Shown piece by piece: positions 35,051-48,702 of a stretch of 64,000 bases of DNA. The stretch comes from Vairimorpha necatrix. Lineage: Eukaryota. Location: assembly GCA_036630325.1 (NCBI GenBank), contig CP142735.1, forward strand, positions 186,001 through 250,000, in the 5' to 3' direction. The stretch's first letter is position 1. Each line of letters opens with the position of its first letter. The notes under the pieces were generated by a model. It saw only the letters and a list, made by a program, of their open reading frames with translations. It did not search any database and had not been told where the DNA came from. Position numbers and translations under genes: made by a program.

Positions 35051-37613
35051 TTTAATATCAAATCAGATCTCACTACAGCAGGTCTCAAAGAGTTTGAAAC
35101 ACTTTCTGAGTATAACAGTTGGAATGACACACAAAGCGGTCAAATTTACCATAGTCTAATCTATGATTCTACTTATAAGGATAAACTTACTAGGAACAGT
35201 TACAAGGAACTGAGAAAAGAACTTCTAGACATCCTGTATCCAAAGACCCAACATAGGATTCTCCCGCAAAAAATTGACAATATCAGGCAAACTGATCATT
35301 TTTTCATTAACGAGTATATGGAAACAATTTCTAAAGGATTTGAAGGCCACATTCATGTCAACGATCTTTCAAGAAAGGAAGTGGAAAGAAAACAAGAAGA
35401 AATATTTTTAAAGGTTTGGAAGATATACCACCATCAAGATTACCGATCTAAGGCATCCCACGTGTCAAACATATCATCTTGACATTTCTTGATTTGTTTA
35501 CCCCGTAAACAAACGATAAAAATTATAAAAGAAAATTCCATACATAGGGTATGGAAGATAAACAGAATAAAACCATTAAGTTTAACTTATCTTTAATAGA
35601 GTTGTATCTCAGAAGGAGATACGACACGAGCAAATCCTTAAAACGGCTCCATTCAAAGAAATTATTCAATTTTTAATAGAAGTTGAAGAAAGCATATTAT
35701 CCCAGTCCGCAGAGACTAAACAAGGCATAATAACCCAAACTACGGGCGCGAACAAGACTAAATACGCCTTTACAAATAAGAAGTGGTGTAAATACCATCA
35801 CTCGAAGTTCCACAACACTAAAGATTGTTCCCTTAATAAAACCTCACAATCAGAAGAATGTAAAAACATGATTATCACTGAACTTAAAGTCGACAATCAC
35901 GAAGGGATAAAAATCCAAGAGGATTAAATGGGACTAACTTACAGTTATTTGTTGACACGGGTGCATCTTGCAATTATATTCACGAAAAACTGTTAAAATC
36001 CTTAAAGCTGAAAACTATTGAAACTAAATCTCTAACTATGATATTTGGAAGTGGTACTAAAGAAACCTCTAGTCGAGCCGTCGAAACTAAAATACGTAGT
36101 AAGAATAAAGACTATGCTATCACATTTTATGTGTTACAGCGCATACCAGAAGATATTATCTTGGGATATTAATTTTTATATGCTAACGAAGCAGTAGTAA
36201 ACTTAAATAAAAGAATGATTACCTTAGGAAATGGAAATACTATCTCATTTATTGGGGTTGAAGTTACATCTGAGGAAATTCTTGATGAAATATTATCTGA
36301 AAGGATTGCTTACCCATACTCTTAGAAGATAAAAAACTATTAAAAATCTTTAAGCAGTATTTTAAATTCAATGACCAATTTAGCCACATCAAAAATTTCT
36401 AAATATCGTTCCAACTTAAATCAGATATTCCAAGTTCGAGGACAAGGCACACTCTGTCCCAGGAAAGTTTTTGTCAGCAGCAAAAGAGGAAATCTAAAGA
36501 CTGGTCAACAACGACATTATTGAACCGTGCACCTCCAACATATCAAGCCCTGCATTTTTTATCAGTAAGAAGAACGGCAAGTTACGTCTTGTGGTAGATT
36601 ATAGAACGGTCAACACATACGTTGAAGATGATTTATATGTTATACCTTTGATAGATGAAAGCTTCCGATTGATGCAAGGTTGCAAGATTTTCAGCCAAAT
36701 CGATTTACGCAATGGTTTTAACCAATTGCTCTTAAATAAAAATAGCGGGAACATAACGTCTTTCACTCTTCTCGGTCGGCAATGGCGATATAAAAGAGTG
36801 CCTTTTGGGATCAAGCCAGGTCCAAAATTTTTTCAATGACACATCTCAGAAATCTTAAGCCATATAGACAATTGCTTTGTCTATATAGATGACATAATCC
36901 TGTACTCCAAAAGCAGGGAAGAGCACAACATCCTACTCAATAGAGTACTTGAAACACTGTACTAATATACAGTCAAGATCAATTTCGATAAGTCGAAATT
37001 CTGCACCTCTGAGCTCGTTATATTTGGTTCCAGAATCGATAAAAATGGGATATCACCAGTCATCGATAATCTCGCGGCTAAAATTCTACAAATAGATATG
37101 AAATCAAAACGAAGCGTTCAACAGCTTATAAGAACATTAACTGGTATCGGAAATTTGTTCCTCGTATATCAACACGTATTTCGGAATTAACAGAATTGCA
37201 AAAAAAGAGAAAAATATTATAAGTTACCAGAAGCTACAAAAACAGAGATTAACGCTATCATTGAAGAGCTTAAAGTAGTCGAGCTAGGATTCCCAGATTA
37301 TAGAAAGAAATTTACACTTCAAACAGACGCTTCAGAAAAAGGAATAGGTAGCGTACTTCTACAAGAAGACATAATCATAGGTTATTATAGCAAGAAACTG
37401 ACAGGCTCTGAACTTAATTACACTATAGTCGAAAAAGAGTATCTAGATATTCTTTTCTTCGCAATTCATTATGATAGCATCATTCAGGGATGTTATGTAG
37501 AGATACATACTGACAGTAACAACTGTTCGTTTGAAAATAAAAGCCTAGCCACGAGGATTAACAGATGGAAACTGATCATGAATAAATTTAATCATAAGAT
37601 CTTCCATATCAAA
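35051..37613 (+). mobile_element. Degenerate Ty3/gypsy (gag-PR-RT-RNaseH)
   Basis: VDTGAS (~35950), RLVVDYR, YIDD (~36885), QTDAS. Many stops. Truncated at both ends. Confidence 0.88.
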
Positions 37614-39430
37614 GGTTTTATTTATGAGATTCTTCTCCTCCACTTCCTTACTCATCTTCAAAATTGGGGTAATAAAAATATAAAAATATCAACATCCCTC
37701 CGATTAAAGAATGGGGTCATCAATGACAAGTTTGAGTTGAGATATATGCCTTTTAAACTTTCTTTTACCGGTGTCTATCATGTACGTATTACCCTCTAAA
37801 CATTCATGAATTTTACCCCTTAATTTAAATCTAGGTTGTCCCTTCTTTATTATTCCTTCTTCTTTGATAATTACTATATCGCCCATATTTAATTTAATTT
37901 CTTTTGGTTTCCTCATTTGGGCTGTATTATATGCAACAATATTCTTAATTTGTGCATTTTTTAATTCATCCGTATTTTCTAACGAGAAAGCTTCATTTGG
38001 GGTCATCCTCGTAGCCGAATGATAGCTATTATTGTATATATCTATTCCTCTGTCAACCTTTTTAGTAAGTAATTTTTCCTTTTTATTTTTATAAATTAAA
38101 TCTTGTAAAGTACGATTAAACCTTTCTACACGCCCATTTGACTGGTGATGGAAAGATGTGGTATAATGTAATTCTATTTTATTTGCTTGGCAAAACATTT
38201 TTACCTTACTACTGAGATTTTCTTTCGATTGATCCAGGATCAATGTCTTCAAAGGCATAGATGAACTTATTTCTTTTAGAAAGTTAACTACATTTTCATC
38301 TTTTCTCTTATTTATCACTTTGGCAAATCCTTTTCTCGTAAAATAATCAATCCTAGTTATAATGTATTGTGTTTTATTGAACCTATTATATCTATAGCAA
38401 TTTTTTCTCCCTTTGCATACGAGGTAACAAATATGTGTTGTTTAGATTTTTTAGAATTGTACTCGTTGCATGTTTCACACGAATCTATAATTTTTCTAAT
38501 CAATTTTTGTGAATTTTTTATATTAATACCTCTTTTATACATCTCATATTTTACTAATTGTATCCCACGGTAAAGTAACTCATTATGAATTTCTCGAATC
38601 ATCTGAAGCATTTTCTTTTCGTCTATTTCTTCACATTGATTTATCGATCCTTCGTGTAAATTTAATCGCTTGTCGTTTGTTGCTAATCCAGAATTTCGAC
38701 TTAGGCAATCCACGTGAGGAATTTCTTTACCTCGTCTATATCTAATTCTAAAATTAAACAATGACATTCTATCTAGCCATCTTTGTATTCTCAGAGACTT
38801 AATTTGACCCTTATTTAAAGCTTCTAACGCTTTATGATCTGTGATAATTTCAAAATGTGTACCGTATAAAAAATATCGAAAGTGTTCCATTGCCCATAAC
38901 ATGGCCAGACATTCCTTTTCGCTGATACTATATTTAATCTCATGTTCTAATAACCTTCTCGATGCAAATGTAAAGGGTTTTTCATCTCCATCAAAAATTT
39001 GCGAGAGTATTGCAGCTATACCTTCATTTGAAGCATCGGTCTCTAGTTTAAATTCTTTTGACCAATCTGGCTGAAATATTCCTACCGTATTAATAAAAAT
39101 TCTTTTAACTTCTTTAAAAGCGTTTTCTTCTATATACGCCCATGTGAATTATTTCTTATTTTTCAATAATTCATACAAAGGACCACATACAATTGAACAG
39201 TTTTTAATGAATTTTCTATAATAGTTTATGGCACCTAAAAATTCTTGAACCTGTTTTTTGTCCTTAGGTGGTTTTAAATCCTCAATAGCTTGCATCTTAT
39301 CTATGAGCGGAATAATGATGTTGTGTTTAATTTTGTATCCCAGGAATATAACTTCGGATTGTCTAAATACACACTTTTCCTCATTGATTTTGAGACCATT
39401 TTCTAGTAAAAGTTTTCGAATTCTATTATA
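37613..39430 (-). mobile_element. 3' part of a Ty3/gypsy element (RT end, RNase H, IN, PPT, ~80-bp 3' LTR)
   Basis: ETDAS, TDHKAL, HHQSNGRVER. PPT ggagggat before tgttga at 37694. Left LTR edge approximate. Confidence 0.88.
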
Positions 39431-40884
39431 CAGTCCTTTTCATTTTTATAGACACCTCGTTTCATTTTTATAGAACCCTCATTTCATTATTATAGACACC
39501 TTGTTTCATTTTTATAGAACCCTCATTTCATTATAGACACCTTGTTTCATTTTTATAGACACCTTGTTCTAAAATTTATTTTACTTTCCTTTAAAATTTT
39601 TAAACCTTAAAATATGAGAAACCTAAATGTCAGAGAAGAACTTGAGGAATATCGTACAGAAGAATCATTTGTCGAGATAGAAGATGAAACGCAGTCTTCT
39701 GCCCCAAGAAAAACTAGGAAAATGGTTACCAGGTCGATAATCGAAAGTTTTCTTTCGTTACTTGACACTGGTATGAAACTTATTGATATGGAAGTTGCTT
39801 TAAATCTCAGTAAGTCTAGCGTCAAACGCCTATATAAAAGATATATTACAGGAGAATTTACCAATCTTTCAACTTTTAAAACGGCAGGACAAAAAAAGAG
39901 TGAATCTTTAAAAAATATTTCTATGGTTTCAAATATTATTGCATCGGAAATAGCCCCGAATCCTTGTCTAGGTCTTTATAATTTATCCGATAAATTGCAA
40001 AATGTAAATTGTACGGGACATTACTCTAAGTCAACTGTTTGCAGACTTGTTAAAAAATTGGGGTATAGTTCTAAAACCCCGACCTTGATTTCACTAAATA
40101 GAAACAGTCCTCAGAACAAGCTGTTAAGGTCTCAATATGCGAGAGTAATAGATACCATATCGAATGATAATTTAATATTTCTCGATGAAACTGGTTTAAA
40201 TCTGCACCTTAACAATATTTTGGTTATTCTTTAAGAAATACTAAGTGTTGTGTAACGGTCCCGAATTCGAAAGGGACTAATGTTTCTTTAATGTGTGCTA
40301 TAAGCGTTAATGGATTATATGCGCATAAAACCAAAGTCGGAAGTTTTAAATCTGCAGATTTTGTCGAATTCATTAACAATAATTTACCTATATGTGAGCA
40401 AGAGGAAAACAGAATTTTAATATTGGATAACGCATCCATACACAGAACAGCCGAAGTAGCCGCCGCTCTTAGAAACAAAGGATACAGTCTAAAACTTCTC
40501 CCTCCATATTCTCCACAACTAAACCCAATCGAAGAGTTTTTTAACAGTTTCAAGTCCCGAGTAAAACAGAGACCTAGACCAACAACCACTCCTTTGTTAA
40601 TTGATTGTATTGAGGACGTGTTGAACACAGAAGTATTCGTCATGGGTGGTTACTTTTCTCATATGAGAGAATTTATTGAGAAAGCTCTTGTCAATGCGGA
40701 TTTTTTCTGAATTAATATAATTAAAAATTATAATTTAAAATTTCTAAGATATTTTCATTGTTTGGCATGTAAATATTGATGTTTAGATTGCGTTGCCTCT
40801 TCTTTACGATTCAACTATATAAATCAATTATGAAAAAATCAAATATATTTTATAACAAGGTGTCTATAAAAATGAAACAAGGTG
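39431..40884 (+). mobile_element. IS630/Tc1-mariner DD34E DNA transposon
   Basis: TA flanks, ~26-bp imperfect TIRs, about six tandem ~21-bp tttcatttttatagacacc repeats at the left end. Confidence 0.9.
39614..40710 (+). pseudogene. DD34E transposase with one frameshift
   Basis: HTH-like N-terminus, IFLDETG, ILDNASIH, then 34 residues to SPQLNPIE. Frame change near 40210. Confidence 0.9.
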
Positions 40885-40886
40885 TA

Positions 40887-43800
40887 AATCTTCTACAACC
40901 AACATCAATTAAGAAAGTGTTATTATCAAGCGAGTCAACTACCATTCTCCGATTAAATACTTTGGAGCACCTTTTTTATTTATGCCTTCGTTCCTTATCA
41001 TCACTATTTCCCCCCTTCGAAATTGTATTCCATAGGTTTCCTTTCATGCTTAGTTTTTAATTTTAGTATTTGCAGTAATTGCGTTTTTTCAATTTCTCAG
41101 CATTTTCTTCATTACATGCTTCTGTTGGAGTCATTATAATTCCCGTGTGAAATGTGGTGTTGTATACGTGTAAAGCACGTGTTAATCCTTGTGTCAGTAG
41201 TTTTCCGGTAATATTTTTATAAATAAGATCCTGCAAAGTCCTGTTAAAACGCTCTACCCGTCATATTGATTGATGATGGAATGGCGAGGTATAATGAAGA
41301 TCAATATTCTTATCAACGCATGATTGTTTAACTGAATTCCCAAATTTTCTTTCGATTGATCTAGAATTATGTTTTTATCCTTACTTTTCATTGATCTCTT
41401 AATAAATTCTGCGACTTTTGCGGGTTTCGCGATTTAATTATCTTAGCAAATCCGTAGCTTGTAAAATAATCATTTCGGCGATTATGTATTGGTTATTAAT
41501 AGGGCCAACAATATCAATGACAACCTCCTCTCCCTTCTCGTAAGATGTTACATATAGGAATCTTCTCTTTTTTGGATTATATTTTGTACAAATAGTGCAT
41601 CTTTTTAGAAACCTTTCTTTTCACCTCTTCCACGTTTTTTCCCTTAATCTTCTTTTCTCGATTCATATTTATAGATTGTATCCCTCTATGCAAGAGCTCT
41701 TTATGGATTTGCTTTATCTGTTCTCCCATCCAAACTGTTCTTTCAACTTCATTTATCGTAGGCTGCGAATCTAATTGTAGGAGAGGACTAATTTCTGCTG
41801 AAAAATTGGCAGGGTTACGGCTCAGACAGTCTACGTGTGGGGCCTCCTTTCATTTTTTATACTTTAAATTAAAACTAAAATTCGCAATTCTCGCCAACCA
41901 TCTTTGTATTCTTAACGACTTTATTTCTCCCTAATTAAGTGCTTCTGAGGCTTTATGGTCCGTTATTACCTCAAAATCAGTACCATAAAAAGTACTCAAA
42001 ATGTTCATTGCCCCAAAGTATTGCTAGGCATTCCTTTTACTGATGCTGTATTTTATTTCCGTTTCCTCAGTCTCCTGATTGCAAAAGCTACGGCTTTATC
42101 TTCACCTTCGAACTCTTGGGATAATATCGCAGCTATCCCACTGCTTGACACATCAGTCTCTAATTTAAATCGCTTAGAAAATCTGGTTGTGTCAATTCCG
42201 TGCTATGTTTAAGTGAATTTATGAGGGCTAGGGATGTATTGTTTTCTGCTTCTCTCCAATAAACGTTTTATCGCCCTTTAACAAACCATAAGGGGGTCCG
42301 TCCGTCTATTAATGCACAATTGGCAATGAATTTTCTATAGTAATTTATCAGTCCTAGGAATTCCTGTACTTTCTTCTTATCTTTCGGAAGCTCTAGATCG
42401 TCGAGCGCCTGTGTTCGTTTTACACAAGGTAGTACTTTATTATAGGTTATTTTGTAGCCCAAAAATTTCACTTCCTCTTTTTGACTATTGATTTGTCTAT
42501 ATTGATATTCATACTATATTGTTTAAATGTATCTGTAACTCTCTTATATGCCTCGTCATGTTCTATCTCATTCCTACCAAAAACTCGAATGTCGTCCACA
42601 TAGCAATAACACGACTTACCGAGCTCACTATTCAGAACATGGTCCATATATCGTTGAAAAATAGCTGGGCTATTTTAAATCCTTGTGGCATTACTCTCCA
42701 CCCATATAGCACATGCTTGTATCGGAATGCTGTTTTGTGTCTATCTCTAACACTTAATGGTACCTGAAAAATCCGTCATTCAGGTTGATCGTAGAAAAAA
42801 AACTTCATATCTCTTAAATTGCATAATATTTCGTCGATATTTGGTAATGAATAACGATCCAGTTCAACAAGATTGTCAATGCCACTAAATTAGTCGTTAT
42901 TCTAACCTTTCCATCCGGCTTTATTACTGGTCGAAGATTATTTAACCAGGAGGATTCGACTTACATATGTATCCATTATCAATGAGTGTCTTTATAGATT
43001 TATCCGCTTCAAACTCTAGCTTTTTTGGTAAAGGGTATACCTTTTCCACAACCTTACATCCTTCTTTTGTTTTTATTTCACAAATGTATTTAAATTCATC
43101 TTTGTCCATCACCTTCTTTATCGTGTTTATCCCATCAAAATTTTCTCAGATTTAACCTTTGGGAGGACATAGAAATCGGCCGTACATTTAATGGTTTTAT
43201 ATTTAAATTCGAGTGAAACATATTGTTTGATACTAAATTGTTCTTCCAAACAGGTCCAGAATTTTATTTCTTCATTCAGTTTTTTAGGTATGAGTGATAG
43301 TCTTTGTATCGCTGAGTAACTCATAAAGTTATATTTTGCCCCAGTGTCATTTAAAACTGCAACTTTTTTGTCTTTAACGATGATAAAACTCTCTTTATTA
43401 AAAATTTCAACAATATCTTCGCTTATCTCATTGATTCTCTTGGATCTATCGGCCTCTTTTCCGTTATTTCTAACATTTTTAGGATACTTTCGACATGACC
43501 TAGCGAAATGACCCCGTCGTCCGCATTTATAACATCCTGTAGAACTAGAATTTTCGTTAATTTTCAAAGAAGTTAATCTTGCTAAAAGAGAATTTAGGGT
43601 ACATGACCGTTTGGAACCCGCTTTGGGAAAATGAACCCGCATTGGGAAAATGAACCCGCATTGGGAAAATAAACCCGCATTGAAATTTTAAAGGACCCCC
43701 TTTAAAAAAATGGCAAAATTGGCAAAAACAATGTTTGTTGAGGCAGATGAGGTTTTTAGTGATGTAATGTATTTATACGTGGAATATAAAGAAAAGTTTA

Positions 43801-44919
43801 TTTTGGAAACATTTGATGCTTAATCGGCGTGCGCCTTGCTCGTTTCTGTAACTAGTAGAATACTGCTTTTTCCTTGAGGTGATACAAGAAAATGTATAAC
43901 CTGTTTCTATATGATCTCTAATCAATGGGCAGCATATGATGTCACATTAGCTAAGCAAAGGGATGGAGCACAGTACTAAGAATCACTCCATAAATGCCGT
44001 AACCTCTGGCGATTCTGAGTCACAATATTATATAATTTAGTTGGTTTCGGCTCATTTCTATAAGAGATATTTGATCTTAACATAAACAAAGAAGAACACT
44101 ATGAGTACCTTTTACAGTTTCACTAGGCTTTTCAAATTCCCAAAAATTAACGGATAAATTGTCTTCTGTCATTATTTAAAATAAATCATCAAGTCCTTTT
44201 TTTATAACTTTTTTTTATTTTTCCCTTTTTTTAAATTTTTCAAAGCGGCGGGTTTATTTTCCCAAAGCGGGTTCATTTTCCCAATGCGGGTTCATTTTCC
44301 CAAAGCGGGTTCCAAACGGTCATGTACCGAATTTAGGTTGTTCTTCTTGTCCAATTGTTTCTCTTTTTTCTTTTCTTCTTCCATGCCATGATTTCTCTGG
44401 AGTTCCCGAGCTCCAATTGATTTAACTGACCATAGATATTTTTTTATATCGCTATTATCTGCATGCAGTCCTTCTGCGATGATGTCTACAATATCTAAAT
44501 CGCTCAACTTGTAGATACTAGCCTTTTCTTTTACCCTTTCTATAAAGGCTACAATGCCTTCGTTCTCATCCTGGTTTAATGGGTATATCTCACCCAGAGA
44601 AATCTCTTCCTTATCAAATACTTCTTTGGTGGACTCTAACCATTTTTCATATATTAGAGCGCACTTTCTTCGCGACTCTAGAAACTCCTCATACCATTCT
44701 ATAATGGCGTACTCTGCTCTTCCTATGATGTACTTAATTTCTTCTTCATCGTTTTGTTAAAAAAGAAAAACATCATTCCCAATCTTTTACATTTTTTAAA
44801 GGGGGTTTCTATTGTTATAACCATGTTTATGGGCTTTGATGTCCCATTCTCCACCATGTCAATAGATTTATTGTTGTCCTTAAAAAGTTAGGGGGTTATA
44901 AAATTTAAAATAAATATCA
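40887..44919 (-). mobile_element. Degenerate Ty3/gypsy with short (~63-bp) 5' LTR, interrupted by a MITE
   Basis: Putative LTR 44857-44919 followed by PBS tggtggagaatg. CYKCGRRGHFARSC, NDTGA protease, RT, RNase H and IN remnants. Confidence 0.88.
43598..44328 (+). mobile_element. Non-autonomous MITE, copy 2
   Basis: Same TIR as 27483, 8-bp TSD gaatttag, inverted relative to copy 1. Confidence 0.93.
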
Positions 44920-46686
44920 TCAATATGGATTCAACCAAATGATTTTTTTTCTTATTTTGTTGTACATGCCTATTCCGAAATTGGTTCAGATAAAAGTATA
45001 TTTTAACATTTAATGATACCGAGAACTATAATGAAATTAAGTTTTGTGAAATTTTTTTCCCAAGAAACTACCACTGATGATTTTTTCAGTAATGACTCTT
45101 CTAATATTATTCTTGATCAGTATTACAAGGTAGCCAGAAACTATTTTATAATTATCCTGAGCACCCTGATATTAAAAAGAAAATATACGAATTATTTTAT
45201 AAAAATAAACAGATCGATATCGGATACTATTTAGGAAATTTAAACATTACACTCGAAAGTTTATTTAAAAGAACTCTATGCTCCAGAATATTTATATGAA
45301 ATATATTTTATTTTAACTCTTGCTTATCTTAGACATAAGTTTTTATATAAATTTTTTATTAAGGATATTATTATGTATTAAAACTAGATAATTAAGAGCA
45401 TTGACTTAAAATTTGATGGAAAATGTTGCATAGGTTCACACAATTATTTAACGCAAAAAGACTTATTAAGCTAGATATTGCATTGAATGGAGCAAGTACT
45501 GTAGAATACCAATACGCAGCCGAAGATTTGTATTATATTATACTAATAAAACAATAAGACCATTTATACCTAATGTTGAAAATAGTTATTCTAGGTGGAC
45601 GTCTAATCAAGGTTTTCTTCAGTTATTCATTAATAAATTTTTAATTATTAACAAACTTTCATTTTTTAATTAATTCTTTGTTTAATCGTAAAACTTGTGA
45701 TATTTGTGTATAGATGTGGAGTAGCCTTAATTCTATGTCTTGAAGATATTTACAAGAATATGTGTATTTATTAAATATGTGAGATAATTCATCTTTTTTT
45801 GTATGGGTGATATGTTTTTATAATTATACTATCTTTTGTAAACAACTAATATAAATTTTTATAGTTCAGTTCATCGTAGTCAATAAAAAAATATGGCATT
45901 GTTTGTAGGCAAATTCAATATACTATTTATTAACGCATGGTCTAGCTTAGTTATACATCGATTTTAACGATAAGTTGTACTTCCAGGATCAGATTTTATA
46001 CAAATGGGAGTCAAAAGTAATATACAAGTTTCCCTATCTAAAATTATGTACAATAGCCGAGGGAGTTTTCAAAACAAATATGCAAATACCGCGCAAAAAT
46101 TATTCATTTACATTCTTAATCAATATTATATTTAAAGGTAGAAGTATTGTTATTGTTTAGAACACCTATAGTCGCTGTTTTACTACGCTTACTTAATTCA
46201 AAGGTTCTAAAATATCATAAGAAGAAAGATTCAATATTAAAAAATTTGAACTATAGTTGTAATAAAAAATGAGAAGCAACGTCTGCGACAAAAAAGCTTT
46301 TTTATTGACTAAATAACCAGTAAGACCTTAGTAAACGTTTAATGATATATTATTCGAATTGTTATTATTTTTAAAAATCAAAAAACTTCATCTAAATAGA
46401 ACATTGAACATTATATCGATTGATTACATAGAATAAGAATTCAAAATCAACCATGCAATTATCTTGCATATGAAGATTAAATCATAATCAGATCAAATAT
46501 TTACCAATTCAAAAAGACATATAACTTTTCTATTATATATATTATATTTATCGCATCTACATCTAAATTTTTATCAATGTTGATATTTGTCGCATTATTA
46601 AGGTTTTTTCTTTTTTATGAACTCTAATATTCACTTGAGACTGTCTTTTTAATATGTTGTATCAATCTATTTTTACAAAGATATAA

Positions 46687-47047
46687 TGTCACACGACATC
46701 CTTCCTGCACCTAGGACGGCCAAGTAGGACTCTAAGACTTGAACCCCTCGGCTGTCATATCTCAATTACAGCCGAGTCATGGACGTAAACAAATACGTCT
46801 TCGTCAACAAACAAATGACGAATAAGAAAGTGTCTATCCTAGTGAATAATGCAAGAATATGAAAGCTGTACAAGAGACCAGCTTTCCCTCCAATGAATGA
46901 TAAGTTTGACACGTATTAAAAATAAAATATAAAAGGATGAATTTCCAGCCCTTGACGTTGGCATGAAGAGCACCAGAATTAATAAACATTTTAAAACTAA
47001 CAATTATTTAAACAAGCCGAGCGGCCAAGGAGGCAGCTCGCACCACA
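46687..47047. mobile_element. Solo LTR (361 bp)
   Basis: TG..CA termini, 5-bp TSD tataa on both sides, GC-richer than flanks, AATAAA motifs. Confidence 0.75.
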
Positions 47048-48042
47048 TATAATATTTTATTAGTAATTTTATAATTAAAGTGTTTGTTTCTTAGATAATT
47101 TTAATTTCAGTTCGTCATGGCACTAGTAAAATCTGATTATCCTATATTTAAGTATAAAATAAAAAATTAACTAATTTAAATCATTTATTGAATAAAGTAA
47201 AAAAATAATACTGTAAAAACATACTACAAACTGTATACATATATTACTTAAAACTCATATTTTATTGTGTATTTTAGGGGGTTTTTCCTGTTAAAGGTAC
47301 TTCATTCATTTCATGATTTTTGGGCATAAAAAGCAAAAAAAGCAATCGAAACACTTACATCTTTTAATATGATACATATTAAAAAATTATAAATTGGCAG
47401 TAGATTTAAAAATAAGTTTGAAATTTAACTTGCTGATTTTTTGTTCGCATATTTAAAAAATGAGACTATGTTTTTTTGATTCATTAATAACACTATCAAC
47501 GTATTATACATGCCACAAAACAAGTTTGTGTCAACATATCTTATTTACAATCAAGTTAAAACTAAATTTTTATGCTGCAAAAAACGTCAAAAATTTTGTT
47601 ATCTTACTATTACATCAAAATATACAATTAAATATCAAAAAACCATCTAAATGATTCTTGGTTAGTATAAATCGTCATTTTAAAATGATACTATGTGAAT
47701 TGTCATAGATCAACAATCTACGTCATCGCCTAATGATTTATAAAATTTTATATTTTTGAATTATTATTATGATAGCTTTATCTTAAAATATTATTACTCT
47801 TTTTTAATTTAAATATCTGAAAAAAATATGTTTTAAAACGAATTTTTATGAGATACTGGCACACTGGATACAATTCATTCATACCTTTAATCAAAAATTT
47901 GTGAAAACCTTTGAAAAAAAAATTGATTTTATTTTATTAAAAGCGATCTTATCGTTTAAACATCAAATATTATCAATTAAATTAATTGCAACTTAATTGT
48001 TTTTAGAAATAATAATATTTAAACGAGAATAAATCTACCCCA

Positions 48043-48702
48043 ATGTATATATTGCAGTATTTAACTATGAAATTCTGCTCTTTAGTGAATAAAGGCGGAA
48101 TGAAAACTGAACAAGAAAATCTTTTTAAACATGAATATAATTTACAAGTTAATTTTCAAGATTTTCCGCAACAAGAATATCAAGGTATAAAACTTCATCA
48201 TTATAATAAGGTGGTTAAAGACTACTTCTTTTGTATTGAGAAAAATCCCGAAATTAACAAGAAAATTTCTGATTTATTATCTAGTGATCACGACATTGAC
48301 ATTACTTATTTATTTCTCATTTTTAAACAATATTTACAACAGTTTTATTTGGGGATGCCATATGATACAAGATGTATAAAACGTTTATCTTTCATCGAAT
48401 CCTTGTCTTATCTTAGTTATAAGTCAATAATCAAATTGGCAAGTATAACAGATTTTAATGAGTACAAAAGAACCAAGGATCAAATGATTAATAGCGTTGA
48501 ATTGAAAGTAAATCCTGATTGTGAAAAGAAAATCGAGCAATTGTTTAATACCGACGAATATAATAAGATATTTTTAATGCCAAAAGACGTGGATACTAAT
48601 GAACATATAATAAGAAGTAAGAGATATGCCCCTTCTCATACGACAACATCTAGACAAGATATTATTTATGATGATGTGAAAAAGGTATTAATGAGCGATT
48701 AG
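48043..48702 (+). CDS. Hypothetical host protein, 219 aa, possibly truncated
   Basis: Long ORF for this AT content, cccc motif 2 nt before the ATG, no TE motifs recognised. Confidence 0.55.
   Translation: MYILQYLTMKFCSLVNKGGMKTEQENLFKHEYNLQVNFQDFPQQEYQGIKLHHYNKVVKDYFFCIEKNPEINKKISDLLSSDHDIDITYLFLIFKQYLQQFYLGMPYDTRCIKRLSFIESLSYLSYKSIIKLASITDFNEYKRTKDQMINSVELKVNPDCEKKIEQLFNTDEYNKIFLMPKDVDTNEHIIRSKRYAPSHTTTSRQDIIYDDVKKVLMSD

Noticed and set aside
34985-35482. 165-aa ORF as a novel gene
   Set aside because: Chimeric read-through from the Ginger TIR into a gag remnant.
35463-35626. Possible solo LTR inserted in gag
   Set aside because: LTR-like content, but no matching TSD could be found.
39431-39570. 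Short tandem repeats resembling a CRISPR array
   Set aside because: No unique spacers. They are reiterated TIR motifs of the Tc1/IS630 element.
43127-43642. 171-aa ORF with a novel N-terminus
   Set aside because: MITE TIR fused to the gypsy knuckle and protease.
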